From a virus, in the IMG/VR virus record IMGVR_UViG_3300025132_000028, positions 8,664 to 72,663 of that record: DNA of 64,000 bases; one strand, 5' to 3'. Positions within the stretch are counted from its first letter, which is position 1. Each line of letters starts with the position of its first letter. The translations under genes and the position numbers were made by a program. The notes beneath the pieces were generated by a model. It saw only the letters and a program-made list of their open reading frames with translations, made no database searches and was not told where the DNA came from. Shown piece by piece: positions 1 to 15,000 of this stretch.

Positions 1-3000
1 GATGTTCAAGTTGCATCTGGTCCTATTTCTGAGGTAGAAATTTTTACTCGTCAGGGTGAAGAGTTTTATAAAATTCCTCTTTTTGTTGGATTTAACGAAC
101 AGTCTTTGGTCTCTGGTGAATTCTTTGTTCCAGGTTTTACTAAAAATACTCTACTTGCTTCTGCTAATACCAGAGTTATCAACGTAGATAGTACCGTTGG
201 TTTTTCTAGGAGTGGTTCATTCTTTATTGATTCTCTTGGAATTACTGTAACTTACACTGATAAAAACCTAACTCAATTTTTAGGTTGTTCTGGTTTAACA
301 TCTGATCTACCAGTTGGAAGTGAAGTCAGATCTACAGTTATTGCATATGGTTATGAAGGTGGAGATTCTACTAAAAAGGTAGAAATGAGAATTACTGGAG
401 TTCTCGGAGAGTTTGAGGCTCAAGGAAATAACTATTATCTTGATGTTGGTAATGAAATCTATATCAAGAGTATTGGTGAAAACATTTCTCCACCTGCAGA
501 TCCATTAACATTACCGACTTATAAACAAAGAATCTTTAACTCTTGGATCTATAATATTGCAACAAGATATGAAGTAGCTGAAATTACTGGTTCTACATTG
601 TCTGTTTCAGATAAGTTTGATAAGAGTAATTTAAGAACAGGAGATTCTGTAGAAATTCTTGCTAGAGGAACAAATACAATTACAACAACCGCTGTTGTAA
701 CTGTTATTGATAGCAATACTCTACAATTATCTAATACAACAGGAATTACTACTGATAGAAATTGGGATATTAGAAGAGTAATTAGTAGGGCAACTTCTAG
801 TAATGATTTAATTGAATTTGGAAATCAAACAATTATTTCCAATATTCAAAATGCATATGTTACCAAAAATAAAGTTAATGAGTCCATGTACGTTGCGACT
901 CAAGGTTTACCTTCTTTCTCATTTAGTGTTGATAAAGTTTTTGTCGATTTTAGAGGACAAGATGTTGGTATTGGTCAAATCGATCAATTAGTATCATTCC
1001 AGACAAATTTACCCTTTGTTACAGGTGACGAAATTGTATATGAGGCATTATCTGGATCTACTGCCCTAGAGGGATTAGTAAGTGGTACGAGATACTTTAT
1101 TTGGGTAAATCCAGCTGCTAATAATCAACTAAAACTAGCAAATGCTAGATCGTTTATTGAAGTTAGTAAATTTATTGAATTAAAAACAGGAACAGGTACA
1201 CATAGACTAACTCTTGCTTCTCAGTACGGTAAGAATATACAACCTCAAAAAATTCTAAGGCAATTCCCATTAAAACCAAGTGTTTCTTCTGGTCTTGCTC
1301 AAACCACTTCCTATGGTCCAACAGGAATGTTGATCAATGGTATTGAAATACTAAACTATAAGTCAAATGATTACTTATATTATGGTCCTCTTCAATCTGT
1401 TGAATTAGTTAGTGGTGGTTCTGATTATGATGTTATCAATCCACCAAAAATTACAGTATCTAATCCTGGAGTTGGTGGAACAGTTGCTGTAATTAATCCT
1501 GTTCTTAGTGGATCTCTAAAGTCTTTATATCTTGAAAACAGAGAGTCTTATGATATTGACCAAGTTTTTGGTATCAATATTGAAGGTGGTAATGGAGAAG
1601 GTGCTAGTGGTGAAATTACACTGTCTCAAGATTATACAGAAGCAAATTTCAATGCTAAAGATATTTTAGCAAATGGTGGTGTTGATATTCCTGCGAATAC
1701 ACTTACTTTTATTGGGGAGCATAATTTTAAAACTGGACAAAAAATTGTTTATAATCCAAATGGAAACCAACCATTAGGTGTTGCAATTACATTAGGTTCT
1801 GATGATAATACCCAGTATGATGCTGAAAATACTTTACAATCTGGTGTTGCATATTTTGCCAATGTAATTAACACAACTACTATTAAACTTCATGAAACAG
1901 AAGATGATGCTAATGCAGGTCTTAGTACTGTTGGTATCACAACTTTCAATACTTTAGGTATTCATAAGTTTAGATCTTTTGATTTTAAAAATAAAATTCA
2001 AAATATTTCTGTTGTTACTGAAGGTTCTGGATATAAGAAAAGAACTTATGAAACTAAAACAACAGGTATCAGTACAGGAACTAATTGTTTTATTATAAAA
2101 CAACATGGTTTCCTAGACAATGAAGAAGTAATTTATCAAGCAACTAATTCTATTCGAGAATTAACCACAGAAACAAATTATAGGATTATTCGTATAAATG
2201 CAGATGCGTTTAGATTAGCTCTTTCTGAAACTGATGTTAATAGAGGTAGATATATTTTCCTTAGCGATGTTGGTAGTGGTATTCATACTGTTAAATATCC
2301 AGATATTACTGCTACTGTTGTAGCATCTATTGGTGGAACAACAGTATCCATTCCTTGCGAACCAGATGTAAGAGGTGAGATTATTGGTGCATACTTATCT
2401 GAACCTGGATCAAATTATGGTTCTAAAGTATTAAACTTTGAAAAACCACCTCTAATTACAGTTTCAAGTGGTACTGGAGCACAATTCCAACCATTGATTA
2501 GTAATGGAGTTATTACACAGGTTCAAATCATTGGTGCTGGTTCAAATTATACTTCTGCTCCAGATTTAACAGTTACAGGTCCTACAGGTTCTGGTGCACA
2601 ACTAAAGGCAAAACTTAATGCAAATGGTAAGGTTTCTACAGTTGAGGTAATTTCTGGTGGTTTAAACTACGATGCAGAAGATACAGCTATTGTTGTAAGG
2701 TCTGTAGGACAGTCTGGTATTATTGAATCAACAGTAAGACCATTAACTGTTAATTTGCATGAAAAGTATTCAACAGATGATTTCTTAAATGCTGAGACTC
2801 AATATCCAATTCAATATGCATCTTTAGCATATTCTACAGATCTTCAAACTGATTTTGGAGATTCTCTTGCACAAAGATCTCCTATTATTGGTTGGGCATA
2901 CGATGGAAACCCAATTTTTGGTCCTTTTGCAACAAGAGATCCAAAACAAAACACAGGTATTACAACATATGTTCGTTCTGGATATCAATTAGCGAGTAAT

Positions 3001-6000
3001 CTAGTTCCAAATAGACCAACTGCAGGAGAATATCCCGCTGGTTTCTTTGTTGAAGATTATAAGTTCATGGGAACTGGTGATCTTGATGTTCATAATGGTA
3101 GATGGTTTGTATCTGACGATTTCCCTGATGGAATTTATGGATATGTCGCTACCCTTGAAATAGACCCAGGAACTGGTTTACCAAGAGCATCCTTCCCATA
3201 TTATATTGGAGACACTTATATCGCTCCTAGAGCGTCTCAGTCCATCTCTCAGGACGATGATATTAATGCATTAGATCTTAGTAGGAATACTTATCCTTAC
3301 AGATTAAAAAGTCTTAATGCTAGTTACGATTTTGTTATCGAAGCTGATGAATTAATTGGACAAGAAGGTGTTATTGATTCTGTCTTTACTGGTGGTGTTG
3401 AAGAGTTAGAAATCGTTGAAGCAGGTGATCTTTATAAAGTTGGAAATACTTTACTATTTGATGAAGAAGGAACTAATGGTAATGGGGTATCTGCACAGGT
3501 TTCTTTCATTAAAGGTAAAAGTGTTACTGATTTACAAAGCACTAATGTTCAATTTGATGAGGTAACTTTCCAAAAAACAGGTGATACAGAAATTACAGGA
3601 ATTATTCAACCAAATCATGATTTTAACAATGGTGAGGTTATCGAAATATTTAACACGAATACTGATATTAAAGGTCTTCAAGGATTCCATGTAGTTGGTG
3701 TTGCATCAGAAAGAGCTATACTTTTAGATCCAGTTAAAGCGGGAGCAGTTGGTGTTGTAACTGATCTTATTGTAAGTAGAATACCAGGAAATGTAAGTGG
3801 TGGATCTAGTATTAAATTTAGTGATGGTGAAGTTGCTAAAGTATTAAATGTAATTAAGGGTAAAAATTTAGTACGTATTGAGAGAACAGGTATTGCATCA
3901 TTTAGTGCTTCTGGTACTATCAGTTATCTTCAAGATAGATTCACTATTGCTAGTGATGCTCCACAATTTGTATCTGAATTCTTCCCTAAAAAATTCTTTA
4001 ATCCAAAACAAACAGTTGGTGTAGGTACAACTGTAGGTAATTATGAGACTCTTAGTTATACAGAAAATAACATTGCCCAAACTAGAGTAGTTGAGCATGG
4101 ATCTATTTTCTTAAATAAACATCCTTTCTTGGATGGACAAAAAGCTTTATTTGTTAAGAAATCAGGTCAACTTTCTCTTGGTGTTGCTACTGCAATTGGT
4201 ATTGGAACAACAGCTACTCTTGTTGCCGATTCTTTACCTAGATCAGGTGTCGAACAAGAAGTTTTCATTATATACAAATCAATCAATACAATTGGCATCA
4301 AAACTCAGAAAAATGGTGCTGAATTGTTCTTTACTAGCGATGGTAGTGACGATGATGGATATTTTGTTCAAGGTATCGGTACAGCAGTAAGAGGATCTGT
4401 ATTACAACCAACTACAACAGTTACTACAACTCAAGCTCATGGGTTAAAAATAGGAGATACTGTTAACTTTAATGTAATTGCAAATCAAGAAGTTGGTTTA
4501 GGTGCAAGTTCTAGAGTAAGAATAGAACTTAATTCTGAAGGTTTGATTATTGTTGATTCTCAAGGCATTTCTTCTACTGGCGTTAATACATCGACTAATA
4601 GAATTTCTATTTCAGGTAATAATTTTAGAACAGGTGATAGAGTTTACTATGAACCTAAATCAGAAGTTATTGGTGGACTAGGAACTGGTAGATATTACAT
4701 TTACAGAGATTCTCCTGAAAATTTCAGATTATGTGAAACATATGAAGATTCTGTGGCAGATGTCCCCGTTATAGTTTCTTTAACAAGTATTGGTGGTACG
4801 AGTCATAACTTTGGTTTAATTAATCCAAAAGTAGAAATTCCTAGCAGATCTACAACTGTATTTGATTTACAAAACTATGAGTTAAATGGATATAATTTCA
4901 AAATTTATTATGACCAAGGATTTAATAGTGAGTTTGTAGGAACTGGTCAAAGTACATCTGCTGAAGTTGGTGATGTTCTTGATGCAGAAGATCGTGTAAT
5001 TAGTATTGGTAACACTTATGCTAGATTAGATGTTAATAATAATACCTTCTGTCCTAAGATTCTCTATTATAATGTTACTAAAGATGGAACACCATTAATT
5101 CCAGATAATGATGTAAAAGAAAATAATACTATTAAGTATGTGGATAGTGCATACACTGGTATGTTTACGATCACTGGTATTGGTACTTCCGCAGTTGGAG
5201 TCGGTACTACTACATTTAGTTTTGCGATCGCAAAAAATCCAGAGCAAGTTTCTTATGCTGCAACTGAGGGTAGAAGGTTCTATGCTACTGGTGCTGTTGG
5301 TCCAGAAGGTCCAATTGATCAGATTAGTTTACTATCCAGTGGAGAATTCTATAGAAAATTACCAAGATTCTTAGGTGTTGATTCTGAAAATGGTGATAAC
5401 TCCACTATTAAACCAAAATCAACCAGAATTGGTCAAATTAACTCAATTCAGTTAGTAAATGAAGGATTTAACTATTCTTCTGATACTACTTTAAGACCAA
5501 TTGTTGATGTTCCTACTGTTACTACTATTAGAGACTTTAATACTGTTGGTACAATTAGTATTTTATCTAATGGTAAGAACTATATTTCTGCTCCTAAGTT
5601 AGAACTTGTTGATAGATTTGTAGGTACAAAAGTTCCTGGTGCTAATATTGTTGCAAGAATTAATGAAAACTCAGGTTCTATTGTAGATACAGAAATTGCA
5701 GCTAATCCTGTAGGTCTACAAAATAGAGAGTATAGGTTATATTCAGTTAATAATACAAACGGTATTGTCATCACAAAATCAGAATCTAACCCAACTAGAA
5801 GTGGTATTGTAACATTTACAATTTCTACTCCTGTTCTTGGGTTTAGTTCTCCTCCATTTGCTGTTAATGATGAAGTTTGGATCGAAGGTTTTTCAAAAGA
5901 TTCTGGTTCAGATGGTTATAACTCATCTGATCATCTATACAATTTCTTAAAAGTTAATAATGTTGTAACAACTAATCCATTCTCCTTTGAAGTTGATTAT

Positions 6001-9000
6001 TCAAATTACACATTTAATGTTGGTTTGGGTGTTAGTGATACTCAAAACTTCTCTCGTGTTATTGGTAAAGAAGAACTACCTACATTTAGTATTGGTTTAC
6101 AACAAGCTTCATTTGATAAAAATGAAAAACTACTTGTAAATAATGCAGAGACTGATTTACAAGTTATCTCTTTTGATGCAACTGCTGAAAATATTAAGTT
6201 TGTTGGTACTGCTCCTATTGTTCCTGATGATATTATCATTGGAGCAAAGAGTGGTAGTCAAGCAAAAGTTGTAGAAATCTTAAGATTTGATGGTGTTTAC
6301 AGTGTAGAAGCTGAAACAGATAAGACTATTGAAGGAACATCTGATTCTGGAAAACTAAATTCAAGTGCTCAAGTTATCCAAGATAATAATTATTATCAGA
6401 ATCTTTCATATACACTTAAAACTGAAGTCTCTTATGAAGATTGTATTGATGCGGTAAACAACAGTGTTCACCCAACAGGTCTTAAAAACTTTGTTGATAG
6501 TCAGTTAGTAACTATTGGTAAGAATGCTGGTATTCAAACTTCTACTACTGTTACTAATGCTACAGTAGATCTTGTTGAAGAAGTAAGAGTTGATGATCAA
6601 TATTATTTTGATATAGGTAGAGATGTTAATATTGCAACTAGAAGTGAGGTAGAACTCAGTAATGAGATTGAATTGGAAAATGCAAAATTATCTGACTATT
6701 TTGAATCTATTACAAACAGAGTTCTAAACATTGACGATATTTCAAGTCAGTTTAGTAATATTAGTAATCCAAACACTTTGGATCTATTTGAAAATATTTA
6801 CAGATATCCATTTAACTTTATCTCAAATAGATTCCTTGTTCAAATTACTAGTGAAGATCGTAGAGATTTCCAAGTTTCTGAAATTACTATTCTTCAAGAT
6901 GGAACTAATACTTACTATGCAGAACCAACCTTTAAGAAATTACATAGTACACCACAAGAAATAGGAACTCTTGAAGGTTCTGTAGACACAGAGAATTCAC
7001 AAGTTCGTTTAAGATTCTTCCCTGCTGATCCATTTGATAAAAATTATGATATTAAAGTTCTAAATCAGTTTTATAATACTGAATCAACACTGACTGGTAT
7101 TGGTACCACTGCGTTTGGTTTTGCTGCTCTAATGGGTTCTGATGCTGAAATTGGACCTTCTACATCTAAATCTTTTGTTTCTGTTGCAGCAACAAACTTT
7201 GATTATCTACATTCTCAAGTTGAAGTAGAAACTGTATCTTCTGGTCAAAAAGAGACCATGTTTGTTGAACTGAAAGCAATTCATGATGGAAATGATAGTT
7301 ATATGTCTGAATATAATATCATTCTTTCTGATGGTTCTTTTGGTGGTACTAACGCAGGTGCATTTGGTACATTTGGAACTACTTATGATCCTAGTGGTAA
7401 TAACTTTAGTATTGAATTTTATAATGCTAGACCTTCTGAGTTTGTAAACTTAAAAGCAAGAACATTAGGTTTTGGTAATACTACTGGAACTACTAACAGA
7501 GACTATAGATTCTTAGCAACAGGAATGATTCCTAATAACGAAAGATCTGCTCAGTATTATACTGAATATCAGACTGTTGGTGTTGGATCTACCGCAAACT
7601 TTGCTGGTATTAAGAGTGATATTCAGTCCGTAAACCAGTGTACAATGGTTGTTGGATATGGAAGGACAGTATCTGCCTTCCAGTATATGTTCTTGAATGA
7701 CCAACTTGGTGATTCTCTATACTTCTCGGAATATCCCGTATTATCGGTCGGTAATACGACGGGTCTGGGAACGGTATTTGCCAAATATGATGGTGAAAAG
7801 GCTGTTCTTGTGTTTACACCTGAGGCAGGTATAAATGACAAAATGTTCATGAGAACATTTAATGAAGTCCTTTACTTAGAACTTGAAAGAAATATTGTAA
7901 ATCCATTGGAATATGGAGCAGTTGTTGAAGAAACTTTCAATACTACTTACACAGGTTTGAATTTCAGAAATATCTTTGAATTCCCAATGTTGTGGAATGG
8001 ATATCCAATTTTCTCTAAAACATTTAATCCTTCTAATACTTCTGCACTTAATCTTGCTACTGGTCAATTTACTATTAAAAATCACTTCTTTGCAAGTGGT
8101 CAAGAATTAGAATATCTCCCTGGTGGAACATTTGTTGGTGTTGTCACAGCACCAATGACTCTTGCAAACGGAAATCCTCTACCATCTCCAGTTTACGCAA
8201 TTAAAGATAATGAAGATCAGTTTAGAATCGGTCTCAGCACGGTAGCTGCCTTAGCTGGTATTGGAACTACTTTAGGATCTGTTGGTGCAGGTAATCTTCA
8301 CGAATTTGATTCAACTGGTAAACTATCCAGATCTCTTATTGCGATTGATGGTCTTGTTCAAAAACCACTTACTTGGTCACCAATTACTAGGACTCTAGAG
8401 AATAATACAACTCTTTCTGGTTCTAGTCTTGGTCTTGGTAAAACTTCCACATTTATGGCAGTTTCTGGTATTTCATCTATTGTTCTTGGTGATTTATTTG
8501 AGATTAATGATGAATTTGTACTTGTTGAAGCTGTTGGTGTTGGAACAACTACTACTGATATTAATTCTAGTGGTATTGGTACAATTAACTTATGTAAGAT
8601 TCAACGTGGTTCAGTAGGAACAGCAGCATCGTTCCATGCTAATGGTTCAATAATTCAAAAATACACTGGTTCTTATAACTTCTCTAGAAATAATATTTTC
8701 TTCACTGGTGCTCCTAATGGTGGTAAATCTTCTGATGAAGCATCTACAACTGGTATACCAGAAGCAGGATCTAGTTTTAATGGAAGAGTTTATTTGAGAA
8801 AAAATTATGATTCCAATAAAATCTTTGATGATATTTCTGGTCAGTTTACTGGTATTGCAAAAACATTTACTCTTAGATCTGAAGGTGAAGATATAACTGG
8901 TATTGGTAGTGAAGGTGGTTTTGGTATCTTCTTTGTGAACAATATGTTCCAAAAACCACAAACTCCAAATAACTTTAATGCAAACCTATTCATTAGAGAA

Positions 9001-12000
9001 ACTGGTGGTCAGACTGATCTAACTTTCACTGGTATTCTTAATGAAAGTGGAGATCCTATTGTTTCTGCAACAGATATTAACCAAAATGGTTTACCTAGAG
9101 GTGGTGTTGTTGTTACTTTAGGTTCTAGCGAAGGTAAAGGATTTGCAAACCTAGGTAATCCATCTATTGGTGCTTCTATCAACCATGCAGGTGAAGTTTA
9201 TAAGATTCTGACTGCACCAACAACTCAAGGAATGAGTAGCATTACCAATTATGTCTACGATCATACTATAGGACTTTCTACAGTTACAACCTCACAAGCA
9301 CATGGATTAGAAGCAGGTGATAGTATTGATTTTGTAGGTATTGGATTTACTTGTGTACCAACTAAATCTGGAATTACTACTGGTGTCTTCCCATATACTA
9401 GAGGTCAGAAGAAGACTGTGGTTGACTTCCTTTATGATAATAAAACTGGAATGGCAACAGTAACCACTCTAGAAAGATTTGGTATTTTAGAAGTAGGTGA
9501 GGAAGTATTCTTCAATGGTATTGGTTTCACATGTATTGGTCAAAAGTTTGCTCAAATCAGTCAGAAAGCTGGAATTACAACCACTCTCTTCCCTTGTAGA
9601 GCAGGTATTGCTAAGACTATCTCTGCCTTTAATTATGATAATCAGTCTGGTATTGCTACTATTACTTTGGCAACTCCTCACAGATATGTGGAAGGGGAAA
9701 GACTCTTTATTGAAAATCTTAACTTAAAGTGTGGATATGGTGCTAACATTACTAATGCCATCTATGACGCACCAACAGGTCTTACAACAATAACTACAGC
9801 AACTCCTCATAAATTCTCCAAAGGAGATAAGGTTAGATTGCAGGGTCTTGAATTCTCTTGTGCTGGATATGGAATAACATTTGCTATTTCTACCTTTGAA
9901 TATAATAATTCTACAGGTATTACTACGATTACAACTCCTAGTCCTCATGGAGCACTACCTGGAGAACAGATAAAATTAACTGGTCTTGGATTTACATGTC
10001 CAAAAGTTAATGTTGGAACACCTATTGGATTTACTTATGAACCTTTAACTGGTCTTTCTACAGTCACATTTGCTTCTAATCATGGATTAACAAATGGTGA
10101 TAAAATCTCCATTGGTGCAAGTAGTATTGTATTTACATGTACTTTAGATGGTGGTGCTACAACTCATCCATATCCTCGTCCTACAGACTTTGCATATAAT
10201 AAGTATCTACCAATTTCAGGTGTAACTACAAATTCATTCCAAGTTAATGTTGGAACTGGTGGTACAGGTACATTCCCACATACCTTTGTTAGTGCAACTA
10301 CAAATGCGATTAAAACTCTTAACTATCTTGGAGTAACAACTTCAACATTCCCAGATGGTACACAGGGAAATCAATTCAGAGTTACTAAAGTTCTTTCTCC
10401 AACCAAGATTCTAACAAATGTTGGTATAACTTCTATTCCTCATGTTTATACTGAAGGTGGTGAGGTACAGGTTGGTGTTACATCTCATATCTACCCAACT
10501 GGTAAATATGGATTTGAATTTATTGTTTCTAGCACACCAACTAGAAATAAGTTCAGAGTTAACGTAGGACCTTCCACAATTGCTCACACTTATGTAAGTG
10601 GTGGTACTGCACTTCTTGGATTAAGTACAACCATATATCCATCATCGCAATCAGGTATTGGTCACAGTATAACTGACTTTATTTACGATAATACTACTGG
10701 TCTTTCTACTATTACTGTTGCAAGAAATTCTATACCATTTGCATTGGGTGATAGAGTCAACTTTGCTGGTTTAGGATTTACATGTCCTAGTGGTTTTGCT
10801 GGTCTAACATCAACTATTTTCCCACAATCATTAGGAAGAAAATATAATATTGGAACAGTTTTCTATAATAATGCTACTGGTCTTGCTACTGTAACCACAA
10901 CTGCTGCTCATGATTTTAAAGTAACAGATAGTCTAGATTTACAAAATCTTCTCTTTAATTGTTCTTCAGCATATGCTGGCGTAACTACTCATAGATTCCC
11001 AGATTATGTTGACGAACCTAATAGATCTTACAGAGTTCTAAGAATAGTTGATCCAAATACAATCTGGGTTGATGTTGGTGTTTCTACAATTGTTCACACA
11101 TATAACCTTGGTAGACATACATGGGTAGGAGGAACAGCAAGTAATGCAGTTCAGTCTGGTGGTAATTATGTACATACATTCTTATCTGCTGTAACAAATG
11201 GAGTTACAAGTGACGTTGGTAATTTACCAAACCCAATTACAAACGTAGCATATACTCCTAACACAGGTAATATGGTAATTACCTCTGCTACTCATTTATT
11301 AACAACTTCTAATACACTTACCATCGCTGATAACGCATTGTCCTTCACATGTACAATGGATGGAAATACAGCAACGAAGACTTATCCAAGATCTACTGAC
11401 CCTGTATCTGGACAAACTATTACTATTACAGGAACAACTACTAATACTATTACAATTAACGTTGGAGCATCACCTATTGTTAATCATGATGTAACAAATG
11501 CTACTTATGACAACGATACAGGTGTAATGGTCTTAACTATTGGTGCCCATACTCTAACAACTGGAACCAGTATTAAGATAGCAAACGGAGCATTGAGTTT
11601 TACATGCGAGGACGATAATAATGTAACAACTAAGACTTATCCTCGTGCTAGTGACCCTTATTATGATACTGCAATTAACATTGATGCAGTAGGGGCAGAT
11701 ACTATTACATTAAATGTTGGAATTAATACTCGTGGTACAGTTTCTGCAATTAAGAAAACTGGTCCTTATGAAGTAACCAGACTTCTTGCACCTAGACCAT
11801 ATGATGTAACTAATGCCATCTATGATCCTGTTGTAGGTATCATGACTGTTACTGTTGGTAATGGACATGGTATTTCTGTTGGTGAAACTGTTGATATTGG
11901 AACTAATGCATTAACATTTACCTGTGATATGGATTCCACAGGTTCTCAAAAAACATATCCAAGAAATTTAATTAAAACCTTTACAGCAACTAATGCCATC

Positions 12001-15000
12001 TATGATCCTGTTGTAGGTGTAACAACTATAACTGTTGCTGGTCATGGCATGGATGATGGATGTTGGGTCAAATTAGCAGATGAATCATTATCATTCATAT
12101 GTGGTTATGGTGTAACTACTCATATATTTGTATCTGCAACAACTAATGCTGTTAATGTCCAGAGTGGTGCAGAATCTGGAAATGAAAAGACCCCTAACGC
12201 AGCAACTTATAATGCATCAACAGGTCTTCTTACATTAGGATTTGCAGCTGCTCATGGAATGTCAACTAGTGATACAATTACTCTTGATTTCAATTCATTA
12301 ACATTTACTTGTGCTGCAGATTATCATGCAACAACCCACACATATCCTCGTGTTACTGATCCTATTGCAGGAGTAACCACTGCTGTAACTGTTACATCAG
12401 GAACTGAGTTTACACTTAATGTTGGAGATTCTCTAGGAAGTAAGAGTGCAAAATCATATCCACGTTCTAGTGATCCTATTAGTGGAGAATGGATACAAGT
12501 TTCTAATACTACAACAGATACTTTTGAGATTCAGTCTTTATCTGACAATTCTACCCCATCTACAAACATAGATGCACATACATTTACATCTGCTGTAACA
12601 GGTGGTATTACACATAAAGTAGATAAATCATTCGAGCAACCAGTTTCAGTTGTTGGCGTTGGAAATACTACCATCGATCTTCAAGTTGGTAGATCACCGA
12701 TAGTTAATTTCAACGTAACTAACGCTACATACGAACCAACAACAGGTGTTATGGAGTTGACTATTGGTTCTCATGCTTTTGCAGTCGGTCAACATATAAA
12801 ATTAGCAGATAACTCAATATCATTTACTTGTACTTTAGATGGTAACACTTTAGTCAAGTCATATCCTCGTGCTAGTGGTACTGGTATCAATGCTGGTACT
12901 CCAGATTATGCATATCAGAAATCTTTAGAAATTAGTGCAGTAACCTCAACGACTATTACTATCAATGTCAACTCTAGTGTAGGTCTTTCTTCTATCAGTG
13001 ACTTATCTGCTCATACATTTGATAGTGCAACTGCAGGCGCTGTTATTGCAGGTGGTAACTATGCACATACATTTGTTGGTGTTGCTACTGGTGCTATCAC
13101 AAAAGGTGGTCCTAGATTCAACTGTAACGTCGGTATTACCACTTACAAACACAACTATACACCTTCAATTGGCGTTGGTGAAGTAAGAAAACAGAACTTT
13201 GGTGGTGTAGATGATACCTTTATCGTAACTGGTATTGTCGGTAAGAAGTCGTTTACAATTGATGCTGGTATTTCAACTTATACTCACTTCTACGATGTAG
13301 ATACAAAAAATGCAATCAGTAAGAAGAAACTAAGGACTGATTCATTCATTGTTGATACTATTTACAGTGATAGGTCATTTAGAACTAATGTAGGGGTTTC
13401 TTCATATCGTCACGTATACGATCCAAAACCAAGTAAAGAACCTGGTGGTATTAGTAGTATTACTGGAATGACATACAACACCTCTACTGGTATTGCAACA
13501 TTTACTGTTCCTAATCATGGAGCAATTGGTGGTGAACTAATCAGTATTTCTGGTCTTGCCTTAACTTGTCCTGGCGGTACAGGTATTACAACTCATATTT
13601 TCCCAGATCCTAATGGTTTAAGTAGAAATATTAGCACCGCTAATTATAATAATTTCACAGGTATAATGACAGTGACCACTAACGTTGGTCATGGTGTTAC
13701 ATTTGTTGGTCAGTTTGTAAAACTTGAAAATCTTGGTTTCGCTTGTACTGGCGGAGCTGGTGGAAGTCATACTTTTGTAAGTGCAGCAACTAGCGCAGTC
13801 CAGACTGGTGGTAACTATACACATACATTTGTTCCTCAATTTGGTTTGACACCAGATACTGCTTTGTATGATCCAGTTACAGGTATAATGACTGTTACTA
13901 ATCAGCAATTGACTGTATCAGATGCGATTTATGATCCTGTTAGTGGTGAAATGACATTGACTGTTGGAGTTCATAGATTAACAAATTATGATAGTGTACG
14001 TCTTGACACAGAATCAATATCCTTTAGTTGTGTATTTGAAGGTAAGTTACAAACTAAGGCATATCCAAGATCAAATGGTAATGATTATGTCTATGATAAG
14101 GATTTACCAATCATACGTTATACATCTGACACAATTACAGTCAATGTTAATGGTGGAAAAGGTGCTATCAGTCATGCTGTTCCTCATACCTTCATGAGTG
14201 CTACTTCAAAGGGTGTTAAAGTTAATCATGGATTAAGAAATGGTGATTATATTAAGTTTGATGATTATGCAGTAACATTTACATGTAATAAAGATGGTAA
14301 TGCAACTCTTCATCCATATCCAAGACCTACTGATCCTCTTAGTGGTACATTTACACAGGTTACTGTTGTTGATGAGAACAAATTTAGTGTAGGAGTATTA
14401 ACAGTTACACCTTCCACAGATACTTCAGTTCATACATTTGTATCTGCTCTTGAGGGTGGTATTAAGAAAGAAGTAATTAATAGTGGCGGTGACCATCCAC
14501 ATACATTTGTTGGTACAGCAACTAGTGCAATCCAATCAGGTGGTAATTATGTTCATACATTCTTATCTGCTGTAGCAAACAGTGTTACCTCAAATGTTGG
14601 TAATTTACCTAATGCAGTAACAGATGTAGTATATACACCTTCCAGTGGTGATATGGTAATTACTTCTGCTGCTCATTTATTAACTGGATCAAATACAATT
14701 TCTATTGCTAATAATGGATTATCCTTTACCTGTACAATGGATGGCAATACAGCGACTAAGACATATCCTAGATCAACTGATCCTATTTCTGGAATTGCAA
14801 CTGCTATTACAGCAACAACCACAGATACATTTACAATCAACGTTGGTGCATCACCTATCGTAAATCATGATGTTACGGATGCAACTTATGATGCAGCGAC
14901 AGGTGTGATGGTACTAACAATAGGTGCTCATACATTACCAACTGGAACAAGTGTTAAGATTGCTAATGGTTCACTACCATTTACTTGCACAATGGATGGT